NCBI RefSeq assembly: GCF_964213995.1
Contig: NC_135804.1
Coordinates: 59,644,001-59,708,000, forward strand
Reading direction: 5' to 3'
DNA length: 64,000 nt
Origin: Mustelus asterias
Taxonomy: Eukaryota
Shown here: positions 48,656 through 61,424 of the stretch, in pieces
Layout of the letters: each line of letters begins with the position of its first letter
How positions within the stretch are numbered: the stretch's first letter is position 1
The notes under the pieces: model-generated
The model's input: only the letters and a program-made list of their open reading frames with translations
What the model was told of the DNA's origin: nothing
The model's database searches: none
Translations under genes and position numbers: made by a program

Positions 48656-51600
48656 GTACTGTTGCTTGTTATATGTTGCCATTCAGAATACCTTAATTTC
48701 TATTTTAGAATATTCGCAAAGGTTCTACGTTAAAAATTAGATGCGTTACAGCTCCAATTCGATCGTTGGTGCTTCTTAATTGTTCTTGTACTTTACTTAT
48801 CTTAGTTTTTGTTTTCTTTGACGCATACAGTTCATCGCCGTTCTTTTTTTATAGGTGCGAAAGTAACATGGAGCAACGTGGATCAGTTCCCTAAACATTT
48901 GACGGTTGCCAGGGCTGACAATGTTTCCATGTTCTGCACATTTCCCATATTTGAAGACGCTCCTGAAGGTTCTTGGTGGAAACGGGGCGAGGAATCTGTT
49001 CTGGAACCAGACAGCAGAAAGAAAATTTATCTAAAGAAGGGCAGTAGTTCATTTGAAGTTCTGAATGCGAGTGTTGCAGACTCCGGAATGTATCACTGTT
49101 CAGTAAAACATCAACAGAATAAGATTGGGGATGGAAGTGGCTCCCAGCTCACCGTGTGTGGTAAGTATCACTGTACCGCGGAAAGGATGCTTTTCAGCTG
49201 TGTGTGATTTATGTAATTTGAACATATCACGAGATGAAAATCTGGATTCGTTTTTCGCTGCTGGTATTTCATTTCTGTTGACCTGCAGGTTCAACGGCCG
49301 TCAATTGCCTGTCTCCTGATTCGCACCACTGCCCAAGATCAACTTCACCCACTCCCTGTCTATCCTCGTGACGTTATAAAGTGTTTTTCATCCAACGAGT
49401 GCAGTTGGTTCAGTTATCACTGTTACTGAAAGTGATACTGACATAAAAAGATCGCATCAACTCTGAGATTGAGATTAATCAATTGGATGAGTTGCTCGAT
49501 TTTCTTGTCATCGAAACATCAGTGCCTAAGTGCAAACATTGAACAATTTTAACACGGCCTCTGTCGAATCTTTTGTAAACGATTAATTCATGTCAATAGG
49601 TCCCAGAATTTACCTTTGTTAAAAGCTCAATAGTGTTAATCTCTTCTCATTGAATGGGCGGCACGGTAGCACAGTGGTTAGCACTGCTGCTTCACAGCTC
49701 CAGGGACCTGGGTTCGATTCCCGGCTTGGGTCACTGTCGGTGTGGAGTTTGCACATTCTCCTCGTGTCTGCGTGGGTTTCCTCCGGGTGCTCCGGTTTCC
49801 TCCCACAGTCCAAAGATGTGCGGGTTAGGTTGATTGGCCATGCTTAAAAATTGCCCCTTAGAGTCCTGAGATGCGTAGGTTAGAGGGCTTAGCGGGTAAA
49901 TGTGTAGGGATATGGGAGTAGGGCCTGGGTGGGATTGTGGTCGGTGCAGACTCGATGGGCCGAATGGCCTCCTTCTGCACTGTAGGGTTTCTGTGATTTC
50001 TTTCTGGGTTTCTGTGATTGCTTTCAATATTTCACGCACCAGTTAACTTTTGAACTCATGCTTTATATTGCCAAGCTATTATTTTTTAAACTGAATTGTC
50101 CAAATTTTGATTTGAGAAAGATTCTTATACATGCGTATGAAGAGGATGGAGTTAAGTCTGACACATCGAGTTGAGGTCTATCCACCATAATGTAACTGAA
50201 TATCAAAGTAACCGAGCAAGATGGAAAGGCCTACTCCTGTTCCTATCTTGGTACTCAATGCTGCACGCTTGTGTCAGTTGATAACATTGTTTGAGATGCC
50301 AAACTTTCACTGAATATTCCTGCAATGCATATCAGAGGGCATGCGGTGATCTTAACCTGAATGTTGCTTTTCAACCGAAGTCCTGGGATATACAGGACAG
50401 TGAAGATATCAATTGCCTGCTTTGAGACCCTTTGGCGTCAGCCAGTTGGATTCCTCAAAACCAATAATTCCAGACAGACTATCACCGAACGTTCCTGTGT
50501 ATTCCTGCTGTTTAAATCAGGATTTCTATTTAAATTCCCCAAACCTGACACGGAAGTTACAAGACAGCAGAAAACAATATCCTCATTCGCTTGCACGGAT
50601 AATCTATAGCATTGCCTATTACAGCTAAAAAAGAATCTATGGTTTTAAAAAATGCAGGCATTCTGAATCACTTGGAGTAAAGGTTAACATTATTAACTCT
50701 TTAAACTGTCACCGCTCTGTGTTCCTGCTTTTTAAACTGTCACCGCTCTGTGTTCCTGCTTTTTAAACTGTCACCGCTCTGTGTTCCTGCTGTTTAATCT
50801 GTCGCCGCTCTGTGTTCCTGCTTTTTAAACTGTCACCGCTCTGTGTTCCCACTCTTTAAACTGTCACCGCTCTGTGTTCCTGCTTTTTAAACTTCTTTCC
50901 CAGTGCACTCTGAGGAAGGGGAAAAAGGGTTCAGTGTTCCATTGGAGCAATTCTTTTTCTTTGTAGCAGTAAGTTATATGGAGGGGATGGAAGTGAAGGC
51001 AGTGCAATGTGCCTCCTGCAGAATGTTTGAGGTGAGGGACACCGTCAGTGTGTTTGCTGATTACACCTGTGGGAGATGCACCCACCTGCAGCTCCTCCAA
51101 GACCGCGTTAGGGAGCTGGAGCTGGAGTTGGATGAGCTTAGGGTCATCAGGGAGGCAGAGAGGGCCATAGACACAAGCTTCAGGGATATGGTTGCTCCAG
51201 GGAATGAAAATAGATGGGTGACAGTGAGAGGGGCTGGGAGGAAGCAGTCGGTGCGGGGTCCCCTGTGGTCGTTCCCCTTAGCAACAAGTATTCCACTTTG
51301 GATACAGGTGAGGGGGGCGACCTACCAGTGGTAAGCCGCAGTGACCAGATCGCCAGCGATGAGTCCGTCCCTGTGGCTCAGAAGGGAAAGGGGGAGAGCG
51401 CTAGAGCTATAGTTATTGGGGACTCGTTTGTTAGAGGGATAGATAGGAGGTTCTGTGGCAACAAGAGAGACTCACGGATGGTATGTTGCCTCCCGGATGC
51501 CAGGGTCCGTGACATCTCCGTCTGTGTCTTCAGGATTCTAAAGGGGGAGGGGGAACAGTCACTAGTCGTGGTGCACGTCGGCACGAAAGACATCGGTAAG

Positions 51601-54600
51601 AGAGGGGACGGGGATTTAAAACAGCTATTCAGGGAGCTAGGGTGGAAGCTGAGAGCCAGGACAAAACAGGTTGTCATCTCTGGTATGTTGCCGGTGCCAC
51701 GAGATAGCGAGTTGAGGAACAGGGACAGAGTGCAGTTAAACACATGGATGTAGGGATGGTGTAGGAGGGAGGGTTTCAGCTATGTGGATAATTGGAACAC
51801 TTTCTGGGGAAGGTGGGACCTGTACCAACAGGACGGGTGCACCTGAACCAGAGGGGCACCAATATCCTGGGAGGGAAATTTGCTCCAGCTCTTCGGGGGG
51901 GTTTAAACTAATTTGTCAGAGGGATGGGAAAAGGAGTTGTAGTCCGGAGGTCAGTGAGTGTAGTGAGGTACTGGGAAGGGTATCATGGTCAAAGGTGGGT
52001 ACCAGCAGACAAGAAGGTGGGTTGAAGTGTGTCTACTTCAATGCAAGGAGCATCCGATATAAGGTAGGTGAACTTGGGGCATGGATTGGCACTTGGGACT
52101 ACGATGTTGTGGCCATTACGGAGACATGGGTAGAACAAGGACAGGAATGGTTGTTGGAAGTTCCGGGGTATAGATGTTTCAGTAAGTGTAGGGTAGCTGG
52201 TAAAAGAGGTGGGGGAGTGGCACTGTTAATCAAGGAGAGTGTAACGGCTGCAGAAAGGCATTTCGAAGGGGATCTGCCTACAGAGGTAATATGGGCTGAG
52301 GTTAGGAATAGGAAAGGAGCGATCACGTTGTTAGGAGTTTACTATAGGCCCCCAAATAGTAATAGAGATGTGGAGCAAGAAATTGCGAAGCAGATTATGG
52401 ATAGGTGTGGAGGTCACAGGGTAGTTGTCATGGGGGACTGTAACTTTCCAAATATTGATTGGAGCCTTTATAGGTCGAATAGTTCGGATGGGGAAGTTTT
52501 TGTGCAGTGTGTGCAGGAGGGATTCCTGACACAATATGTGGATAAGCCGACAAGAGGTGGGGCCACATTGGATTTGGTAATGGGAAATGAACCGGGCCAA
52601 GTGTTGGATTTGGTTGTGGGAGAGGACTTTGGAGATAGTGACCACAATTCGGTGTCTTTTGTTATTGCAATGGAGAGGGAGAGGGCCATGCGGCAGGGCA
52701 TAGTTTACAATTGGGGGAGAGGTAATTATGATGCAATCAGGCGGGAATTAGGAAGCATAGGATGGGAACAAAAATTGTCAGGGAAAGGCACGAATGAAAA
52801 GTGGAACTTTTTCAAGGAACAAATACTGCGTGACCTTGATAGGTATGTCCCTGCCAGGCAGAGAGGAAATAGCCGAGTGAGGGAACCATGGTTCACAAAA
52901 GAGGTGGAATGTCTTGTCAAGAGGAAGAAGGAAGCGTATGTAACGTTGAGAAAACAAGGTTCAGTTGGCTCGATGGAGGGTTACAAGTGAGCAAAAAATG
53001 AGCTGAAAAAGGGGCTTAGGAGACCTAGGAGGGGGCATGAGAAGTCCTTGGCGGGTCGGCTCAAGAAAAACCCCAAGGCTTTATACTCTTATGTGAGGAA
53101 TAAAAGAATGACCAGGGTGAGGTTGCGGCCGGTCAAGGATGGCAGTGGGAATTTGTGCATGGAGTCAGAAGAGATAGGACAGGTGATGAATGAATACTTT
53201 TCTTCGGTGTTCACCAAGGAGAGGGGCCATGTTTTTGAGGAAGAGAGGGTGTCACAGGCTGATAGGCTGGAGGAAGTAGATGTTCGGAGGGAAGATGTAC
53301 TAGCAATTTTGAATAAACTGAAAGTTGATAAGTCCCCTAGGCCTGATGAAATATATCCTAGGAGTCTTTGGGAGGCAAGGGATGAGATAGCAGAGCCTTT
53401 GGCATTGATCTTTGCGTCCTCACTGTCCACGGGGATGGTGCCAGAGGACTGGAGAGTGGCGAATGTGGTTCCTCTGTTTAAGAAAGGGAATAGAAAAGAC
53501 CCTGGTAATTATAGGCCGGTTAGTCTTACTTCCGTTATCGGTAAGTTGATGGAAAAGGTCCTCAGGGATAGGATTTATGACTATTTAGAAAGATGCAGCT
53601 TAATCCGGGATAGTCAGCACGGATTTGTGAAGGGCAAGTCTTGCCTCACAAATTTGATAGAATTTTTTGAGGAGGTAACTAAGTATGTAGATGAAGGTAG
53701 TGCAGTTGATGTCATATACATGGATTTTAGTAAGGCGTTTGATAAAGCCCCCCATGGTCGTCTTATGAAGAAAGTAAGGATGTGTGGGATAGAGGGAAGT
53801 TTGGCCGATTGGATAGGTAACTGGCTATCTAACAGAAGACAGAGGGGGGTGGTGGATGGAAAATTGTCGGACTGGAAACCGGTAACCAGCGGAGTGCCAC
53901 AGGGATCAGTGCTTGGTCCTCTGCTATTTGTCATTCTTATAAATGACTTGGAGGAGGGGGCTGGAGGGTGGATCAGTAAATTTGCTGATGACACCAAGAT
54001 TGGTGGAGTAGTGGATGAGGTGGAGGGCTGTTGTAGGCTGCAAAGAGATGTAGATAGGATGCAGAGCTGGGCTGAAAAATGGCAAATGGAGTTTAACACT
54101 GACAAATGCGGGTGATTCATTTTGGTAGGACAAATGTAAATGTGGATTACAGGGTCAAAGGAAGGGTTCTGAAGAATGTGGAGGAACAGAGAGATCTTGG
54201 GGTTCATATCCATAGATCTCTGAAGGTTGCCACTCAAGTGGATAGAGCCGTGAAGAAGGCCTACAGTGTGTTGGCGTTCATTAACAGGGGGTTTGAGTTT
54301 AAGAGCCGTGGGATTATGCTGCAACTGTACAGGACCTTGGTGAGACCAAATTTGGAATATTGTGTGCAGTTCTGGTCACCTCACTACAAGAAGGATGTGG
54401 AGACACTGAAAAGAGTGCAAAGGAGATTTACCAGGATGCTGCCTGGTTTGGAGGGTAGGTCTTATGAGGAAAGGTTGAGGGAACTTGGGCTTTTCTCTTT
54501 GGAGCGGAGGAGGTTGAGAGGAGACTTGATAGAGGTTTGTAAGATGATGAGGGGGATAGATAGAGTGAACGTTCAAAGACTATTTCCTCGGGTGAATGGA

Positions 54601-57572
54601 GTGGTAACTAGGGGGCATAACTATAGGGTTCATGGTGGGAGATATAGGAAGGATGTCCGAGGTAGGTTTTTTACTCAGAGAGTGGTTGGGGAGAGGAATG
54701 GACTTCCTGCAGGGATAGTGGAGTCAGAAACTTTAGGAACATTTAAGAAGCTATTGGATAGGCACATGGAGAACTTCGGGATGATCGGGAGGAAATGGCT
54801 TGATTTGAGTTTCAGACAAAGCTCGGCACAACATCGTGGGCCGAAGGGCCTGTTCTGTGCTGTACTGTTCTATGTTCTATGTTCTATTATCTTGAAGTTA
54901 AAAATTACCCGTTTAACAATAGGATAAATAACGAAACATTTTCGTAATAAAGTCAGATAAGTTGTGACAGTCGATCTAGCTGACACAATTAGTATGAACT
55001 TTATATTCATTTACGGGTTTTATTCATTTACTTGCTGGGCCAGCATTCACTGCCCATCCCCACTCCAGAGGGAATTTGAGATCAATCACAGGCCAGGTAA
55101 GAATGGCAGATTTCCTTCCCCAAAGGAAAACATGGAACCAGATGGGTCGTTACGCCAATCGACATTGGTTTCATGGTATTTCCAGATTTTTATTCGATTC
55201 AAATTTCACTATCCAACTGTGGGCTTTGAAACCAGGTCCCCAGATCTGGCTCTGGGTCTCTCCAGTGACAACAGCACTACACCACTGCTGTTCCGTAAAC
55301 AACTGTAATGCAGATTTTAATCCATACATTTATAATCAACATTTATAATGCCTTTATTGACATTAGAGACATTTCGGCGATTCACGGTCTTCATAGTCAG
55401 AGGATAATGTGCGTGGTAATAAATGAAATATTCGAACATCAACGAATTTTAAAGTAGGCACGCAAAACAACATACGGCAAGTACATTATGCGAAAAACGA
55501 AAGAGGACTCCACTGCTCCGTTCTGACTGCGTGGCCCAGGCATCTGTATACACATAGAGATGAATTGCATTCGGGCCATCGCTGCTAACCCCAATAGTTT
55601 GCCAGGACCTGATGTTTCCTTTCAATGTCGCGTACCTCCATGTATGCGAACAATACCGCGAGATTCAGTCCCGCTGTTTACGATACACCCGCATACTTTG
55701 CAGTGCGCCGTTAAATTATTTCTAAAATGAATACAAACACGATGTTTAAGAAATCACAGAGCGAATAACTATTTCCACTGTTAAGAGTGTAACATAATTG
55801 TTGCGGCATACAAACGCCAATGTGTTCTTTACATTAAAAATTACCTTCTATTTCCCTGTTAAAGTTCCCCCAACCCCCCTGAAACTCGTTCAGGTTGAAG
55901 GGATTTCTGCAACTTCTCTGAGATTCGAGTGTAAAACGGCTGCCTTTTACCCGGAGGATTTCAAAATCTCCTGGCGCAGAGATGGTGTGGGAATTCTGGC
56001 CGGAATAGAAACTGTGAGACACAAGACAGTGGATGGTCTCCGAGAGGTCTCCAGCTCTTTGGAAGAGGCACAGCCTGCTTCGAGCCGAATAGTTTATACG
56101 TGCCTGGCATCTCATATCTCCCTTAAGGTGCCCGCCAGTGTCAGCTATATCGACATTCAAGGTAAGATTGGGCACATTTGCAGCAGCAAGTGCATTTGCA
56201 GCGTCCAACCTATAGTTATTTATTAAACATTTAGCAGGGCAGCTGTTCAAACACAAAGTTGCAGGGTTCTTTATTCTCAATGTCACATCAATGTAAATGA
56301 ATTAAAATACCATGGTTTGTAACTGCAGGAGAGGGAATATTTCCCTGAAAAGATCTGAAACGGGAGGGCGATGTGCGAAGTACTCAAAACTGAAAGCTCA
56401 TTTGTTATCAAATTCTTGCCAAATGAAATGAACGTACACATGAAATGGATCAGTTTTAGCAGTATCACTTTAATTGGACAATTCCTGTGTGGAACTTTAG
56501 CCAAGGATATCGTTCAAGGACATTTCCTCCATGATCCAGATCCTTTTGACCATTATTGAACTGTTTCTCTTTGATCCAAACACTAAACTTCGGGGGAAAA
56601 AAATGTTCCGCCTGGAGTTACATCATTCATTGAATTCCTTATTTCATTATTTTAACTCTCAAACTGCGAAGGCATAAAAATTGCTTCCAACGCTCCTCTG
56701 GTTGCAATTTCGGTTGTGGACCCTTTACTCCAATAAACAATACCCTATTACAGTTATTAGCACTGTGGGTGTAAACTTTAAAAATGAGGAAACTACAGTG
56801 CAAGTACAGAGCATTTGGCGCTTGATCCGTGTTCTGGTGCGAGTGCATCTGCCATGAGGGAAACGACCCAAGCTACCAAACTGAATATCAGAATCCGAAA
56901 GCATAACTTTCGGCCTGATGAAGTTAACCGTGCGGGAAGATCATAACCTGATCATCAGCGAGCTAAATTTTGATCGCTGAGGGCGGTGTTGTGTGACCGA
57001 GTGGTACTGTCCCACATTATTATTATAGGGTCCAGAGGAACATTTCTGTTTTTTCCTGCACAGCCAAAAATAATTTTTAATTCATTTGTTTGGGATTTCT
57101 TTACCTATTTTGCTGTTACATCTGGTAGAAAGAACAAGCACACATATTATATCCTAAAATGGACATCAGTGTCCTATTTGAAGAGAAGCCAATTGCCGAC
57201 AAAATGGCGCTGGCACCAAACAACAGGCTGTCTTGGAAGATGGAGTGGATTGTGTTAAAATGTTCACATGGTGCTCAATTTGCAGAGCGTCTTTTGAGGG
57301 TATTTTCCATTCGCTCGACTTTGGAAATTTAATATCGGTTACAAAGTTTAGAGTAGCAATTGTATGGAGCTCTTTCATGTCCAGAAGCCAGCACTATTTG
57401 GTTTCATTCAATAATTCATATGTACAGACAATTTATGTGTATATTTTAATCCTGCACTGCAGATAACAGTTTCCGGAACATGATGATTTTACGGCTTGTT
57501 CTGGGTTGTTTGATAATTCTTGGATTGCTGGGCATAATTGTGGATGGACCATGTAGCATCTTTCAAATGAAG
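48601..57572 (+). CDS. Gene B: multi-exon VJ-C1-TM Ig-superfamily receptor with TM arginine (putative activating paralog of gene A)
   Basis: Exons 48601-48655, 48855-49160, 55865-56161 and 57463-57572 all have GT-AG boundaries and join in frame without stops. Confidence 0.88.
48855..49160 (+). CDS. Gene B V-set Ig exon with germline-joined J-like strand
   Basis: ttttttatag| ... |gtaagt, 306 nt. Reads VDQFP...NVSMFC...SWWK...DSGMYHC...[10 protein letters not shown]. Confidence 0.95.
49656..50019 (+). mobile_element. HE1-type V-SINE, full length
   Basis: Same structure as the 29407 copy. Confidence 0.93.
50697..50893. repeat. 31-bp minisatellite, about 6 copies (ttaaactgtcaccgctctgtgttcctgcttt)
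   Basis: Period 31 (50701, 50732, 50763...). It abuts the 5' end of a CR1. Confidence 0.95.
50900..54887 (+). mobile_element. Near full-length CR1 (ORF1+ORF2, several stops/frameshifts) in gene B V-C1 intron
   Basis: ORF1 remnants (CASC..CGRC, VIGDS, HVGT), APE 51782..52990, RT 53048..54115, C-terminus 54106..54927, and (TTCTATG)n tail. Confidence 0.95.
55020..55290 (-). mobile_element. SlmI/MetaSINE-like SINE, decayed
   Basis: aggccaggtaagaatggcagatttccttccccaaagga...gaaccagatggg. Confidence 0.65.
55865..56161 (+). CDS. Gene B C1-set Ig exon
   Basis: tttccctgttaaag| ... |gtaaga, 297 nt. Reads VPPTPLKL...[21 protein letters not shown]...EVSSSL...YTCLASH. Confidence 0.95.
57463..57572 (+). 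CDS. Gene B transmembrane exon
   Basis: cctgcactgcag| ... |gtaagg. Reads [37 protein letters not shown]. Confidence 0.85.
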
Positions 57573-59129
57573 GTAAGGGGACGCCGTTTTAATTCAGCAA
57601 ACCACGTTCAAAGTATATACACAGTTAACACTGGTGGGCTGGAAATGGGAAATGTGCTTTTGTCCGTCGTTTCTCCGGTAATTTAAGGCTCACGGGTAGT
57701 GATATTAAATTTTGCTATGAAGTAACTCACAACATAGAAGGCCACCACTTTTACCACGACAATGCTCATATTTAGTGCTGCTGAAAAATGACAGAGATGA
57801 AACGTTAAATCTGTTTCCCTTCCAAATTGTGCCGCCTGATCTGCCGAGCTTTTGCCACGTTTTCTGCTTTTATTTTATATTATATTAGTTTTCGTATTAA
57901 ATTCAGTTTCGGGCATGATATGCCAAGTAATAAACACCGAATGTCAGTTTTGAACGCTGGTTTAGTTTTATCTCCTTTCGTGAAAATGATTTTGGTTTCA
58001 ACTTCTCACTTGAGATATTTGAGCACAAACTTCCGGCTAGCATTGCAGCGCAGCACTGCTGGCGGTTTGGTCTTTTTTCAACGACGAAAAACGAGATCCT
58101 CTGCTTTATATGTTGGCCGTAAAAGCCCAATTGGTCATTTCGTAACTGAGCATCGTGGAGCTCACTCGTGTCCTGATCAGAAATTAGTTTTCAATCTACT
58201 TCGCTGAAACCGATTCATTTTTCATTCATTTCAGTAATCTATGTGGTTAGGAACGTCCCGTGTTGTTTTTTTAAGAACACGTTGCACTTTCAGCTGCTGT
58301 GAAAGACTGCATGCCAATATTGATCCGTTCTTCTGCTTTGCACGATTTTTATGTATGGTTGGAAAATTTATAATACAAACGCCACTTTCTGAGCACTGTT
58401 TTCCATTTTGCGTTAAACTCTGCTAAAATTATGCTGTTAGGAATCTGGCAGAGGTACTTTATTTCGGAAATATGCCTCTCATGATGAAATTTTCAGCACG
58501 TTTACATGTATAATTTTATCTATTTTGCTTCCCTTCTCAAGGCACTGTGTCTAGCTGCGATGCCCACAATCTTCTCGCCCCACCAAATCGTTTCGTATTA
58601 CTGTTAAGGCGTGAGCGTCACGTTGTTGAACTCAGAGTCGTCATTTTTAGATTAGCAATTTAAATCGAGGCCCTGGGATAAGCATCTGGAGTAGAATGTA
58701 ATGCTAATTTCCCCCAGCTATCCCTGAAAACCCAGACAGCTTCATATTTTCAATTGTTGCAGAACAGTGCATATAGTATACGACATAGAGGACACCTAAC
58801 CTGCCATCTTACGATGAGTACGTCTCGGTGCGACAGCGAAGGGTTGCATACGTATTCATTCAGTGCTACATGGAATTTTTTTTCACATGTGCAAGAGATC
58901 ACGGGATACCAAGCGACAGCTTGAAAATTTCAATTCAAATATATAACAAGAGCCTTTTTTTAACTTAAATGTCATTCTACATTGAATGAGTGGAAATCCG
59001 TCAATTCCGGATAGGTAATGAGGAGTTAACGTTTACCTTTTATATAAAAGGGATGTAACACATGATTACTCACACGCACAATAATCAAAGTTTTCGCCAA
59101 ATGAAACTGAAAACGCAAATTCAACTTTA

Positions 59130-60790
59130 GCAAGCTGATATTTTGTAATCCCATTTTCCAGCTTTTGGTCCATAGACCTCTATGCTATGGCATTTCAAAT
59201 GATCGTCTAAATACTTCTTAAATGTTGTGCGGGTTCCCGCCTCTACCACCCTTTCAGTCAGTGAGTTCCAGATGATCATTACCCTCTGGGTGAAATGATT
59301 TCCTCTCACATCTCCTGTAAACCTCCTACCCCTTAACTTCAGTCTATGCCCCCTGATTATTGACCCCTCTACTAAGAGGAAATGTTCCTTCCGAGCCACC
59401 ATACTTATGCCCCTCATAATTTAATTCATCTCAATCAGGTCCCCCACCCCCACAGCCTTCAGTGATCCACGGAAACCAACCCCAGCCTATTCAGTCTCTC
59501 TTGTTAACTTAAATGCACCAGGCCCAGCTGAATCTCCTCTGCACTTTCACTCGTGCAATCAATTCTTCCCTATCGTTTGGCGACCAGAACTGCATACACT
59601 ACTCCAGCTATTGCCTAACTAGAGTTCATACAGCTCCATCATAAACACCCTGCTCTAATATTAAATGCCTCAGCTGATGAAGACAAATATCACATATGTT
59701 TTCTTAACCGCTTATCTACCTGTCCTGCTATCATCAGAGATCTATGGAGATGCACACCAAGTCCCTCTGATTCTTTGTACTCCCGAGGATCTGATCATTG
59801 GTTGTACATTCCCTTACCTCTTAGTGCTCTAAAATATATTACTTCACACTTTTCGAGGTTGAATTTCATTTGCCACCGTTCTGCCCATCGAACCAACCCG
59901 TCCATATTCTAAGCCTTTGCTCCTCGCAGTTTGCCACACCACCAATTTTTATGTCCTCTGCGAACCAACTTATCATACCACCTATATCCACGTCCAGAAT
60001 ATTATTGTATACTACGAAAAACAAATGGCCCAGTACCAATCCTGTGGAAGACGACTGGACACAGGCTTTCAGTCACAAAAACAATCTACCAACATCACGC
60101 TCTCCCTCCTGCCGCTAAACCAATTTGGCATCCAGTTTGTTAAATTGTCCTGGATCCCATGGCAATCCCATCTTTATCAGCCTCCCATATGGGACCTTGT
60201 CAAAAGCTTTACTGACGTCTATGTAGAATACACCAACTGCACTACCCTCACCGACACACCGAATCACCTCCTCGAAAACGTCAGTCACATTTGTAAGGGA
60301 TGATCTCCCTTTGACAACACTGTGCTGATTATCCTTGATTAATTCTTGTGTCCCCAAGTGCAGATTAATTATGTCCCTCAGAACTTTTTCCAATAGTTTC
60401 CTATCACAGAAGTTAGTCTCACTGGCTTGTAATTTCCTGTTCTTTTCCTACTTCCCTTTTTGAAAAACGGTACCACATCAGCTATCATCCAGTCCTCTCG
60501 TGCCTCTGCTGTTGGACTTTAACCTGGTGTTGTGAGACTTCTTACTGGGTTACCCCAGTCCAACGCCGTCATCTCCACATTATGGCTCTGCTTTGGCCGG
60601 GGAAGATTAGAAAATTATCGCCAGAACCGCTGCAACCTATTCCCTTGCCTACCACAGCAGCGTAGGATGCAGCTCATCTGGGCCTGGGAATTTATCAACA
60701 TAAGCCCCGTTAAAACCTCCTCTCTCTTAATGTTTATCAACATCAGGCCCGTTAAAACCTCCTCTCTCTTAATGTTAAGTTCTAACGTTG
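59130..60790 (-). mobile_element. Decayed CR1 3' half with Penelope pLTR fragment (60509-60586, +) and 42-bp tandem duplication (60691-60775)
   Basis: RGHRLKLRGRRF..VRGNHFTQRV and YIDVSKAFDKVPYGRL. The pLTR fragment matches 3752-3790. Confidence 0.8.
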
Positions 60791-61424
60791 GAAATGGTGG
60801 CATATTCATTAAAATTAAATTTGCCTCGGTCTTGGTTGTATTTAGTGTAAGGATATTTTAATAATTACAGTCGAATAACAACGAAGGGATGTAATTGGAG
60901 ACAGTTCCATTAAGTTAGTAATAGTTTGATGTGATACAGATGAGCGTGCATCTATGAGTCCAGAAATATAGATGCAGTGCTGAATTTACTTGCGGATCTT
61001 GGGAAATTAATGCTGACGCAATTAAGTGGGAACTGTTTGTGAATATAAAATTGAAACTGTAATTAAAAGATAGTGCATCGTTTGGAAAACAAATTTCAAT
61101 TTTATTTTTGATCGGTTAAGATCGATTGATAATCTCCGCCTCTGTTGATATCGACACGAGAGCAATACCTTAAAATTGGTTAAGAAGAACACGTGTTCCG
61201 GTACAGGCGGAAGAAGAAACACACGAAGCAAGGAACAAGGTGAAGGAGCCACAATCGAGACGAATCAGGGGCGTATCCAGCATTCGCTCACAACCATTTT
61301 CAGCTGTATTTAGACACACTTTTTTCCTACAGCATTAGAATATAAAAATACAGTTGTTAGTTGGCGCCCGTGCATAAAATGAGTCAGTGCATTCCTTGTA
61401 AGTGCTGTAACAAGAATGGAGAGT

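Noticed and set aside
50697-50893. CRISPR-like array
   Set aside because: The tandem units are contiguous with no unique spacers, the context is eukaryotic, and there are no cas genes.
53614-54324. Long antisense ORFs over CR1 RT regions
   Set aside because: They are shadow ORFs of RT coding sequence, seen over several copies.
56895-56945. Hammerhead-like hairpin plus CTGATGA
   Set aside because: Stems II and III and the cleavage triplet cannot be formed.
58520-58549. RSS-like CACAGTG heptamer on the minus strand
   Set aside because: There is no acceptable nonamer at a 12- or 23-bp spacing, and it does not abut a V or J coding end.
61165-61305. Hydrophobic minus-strand segment (LWLLHLVPCFVCFFFRLYR) as TM exon of a third gene
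   Set aside because: There is no consistent frame between acceptor and donor, and no C1 exon upstream.
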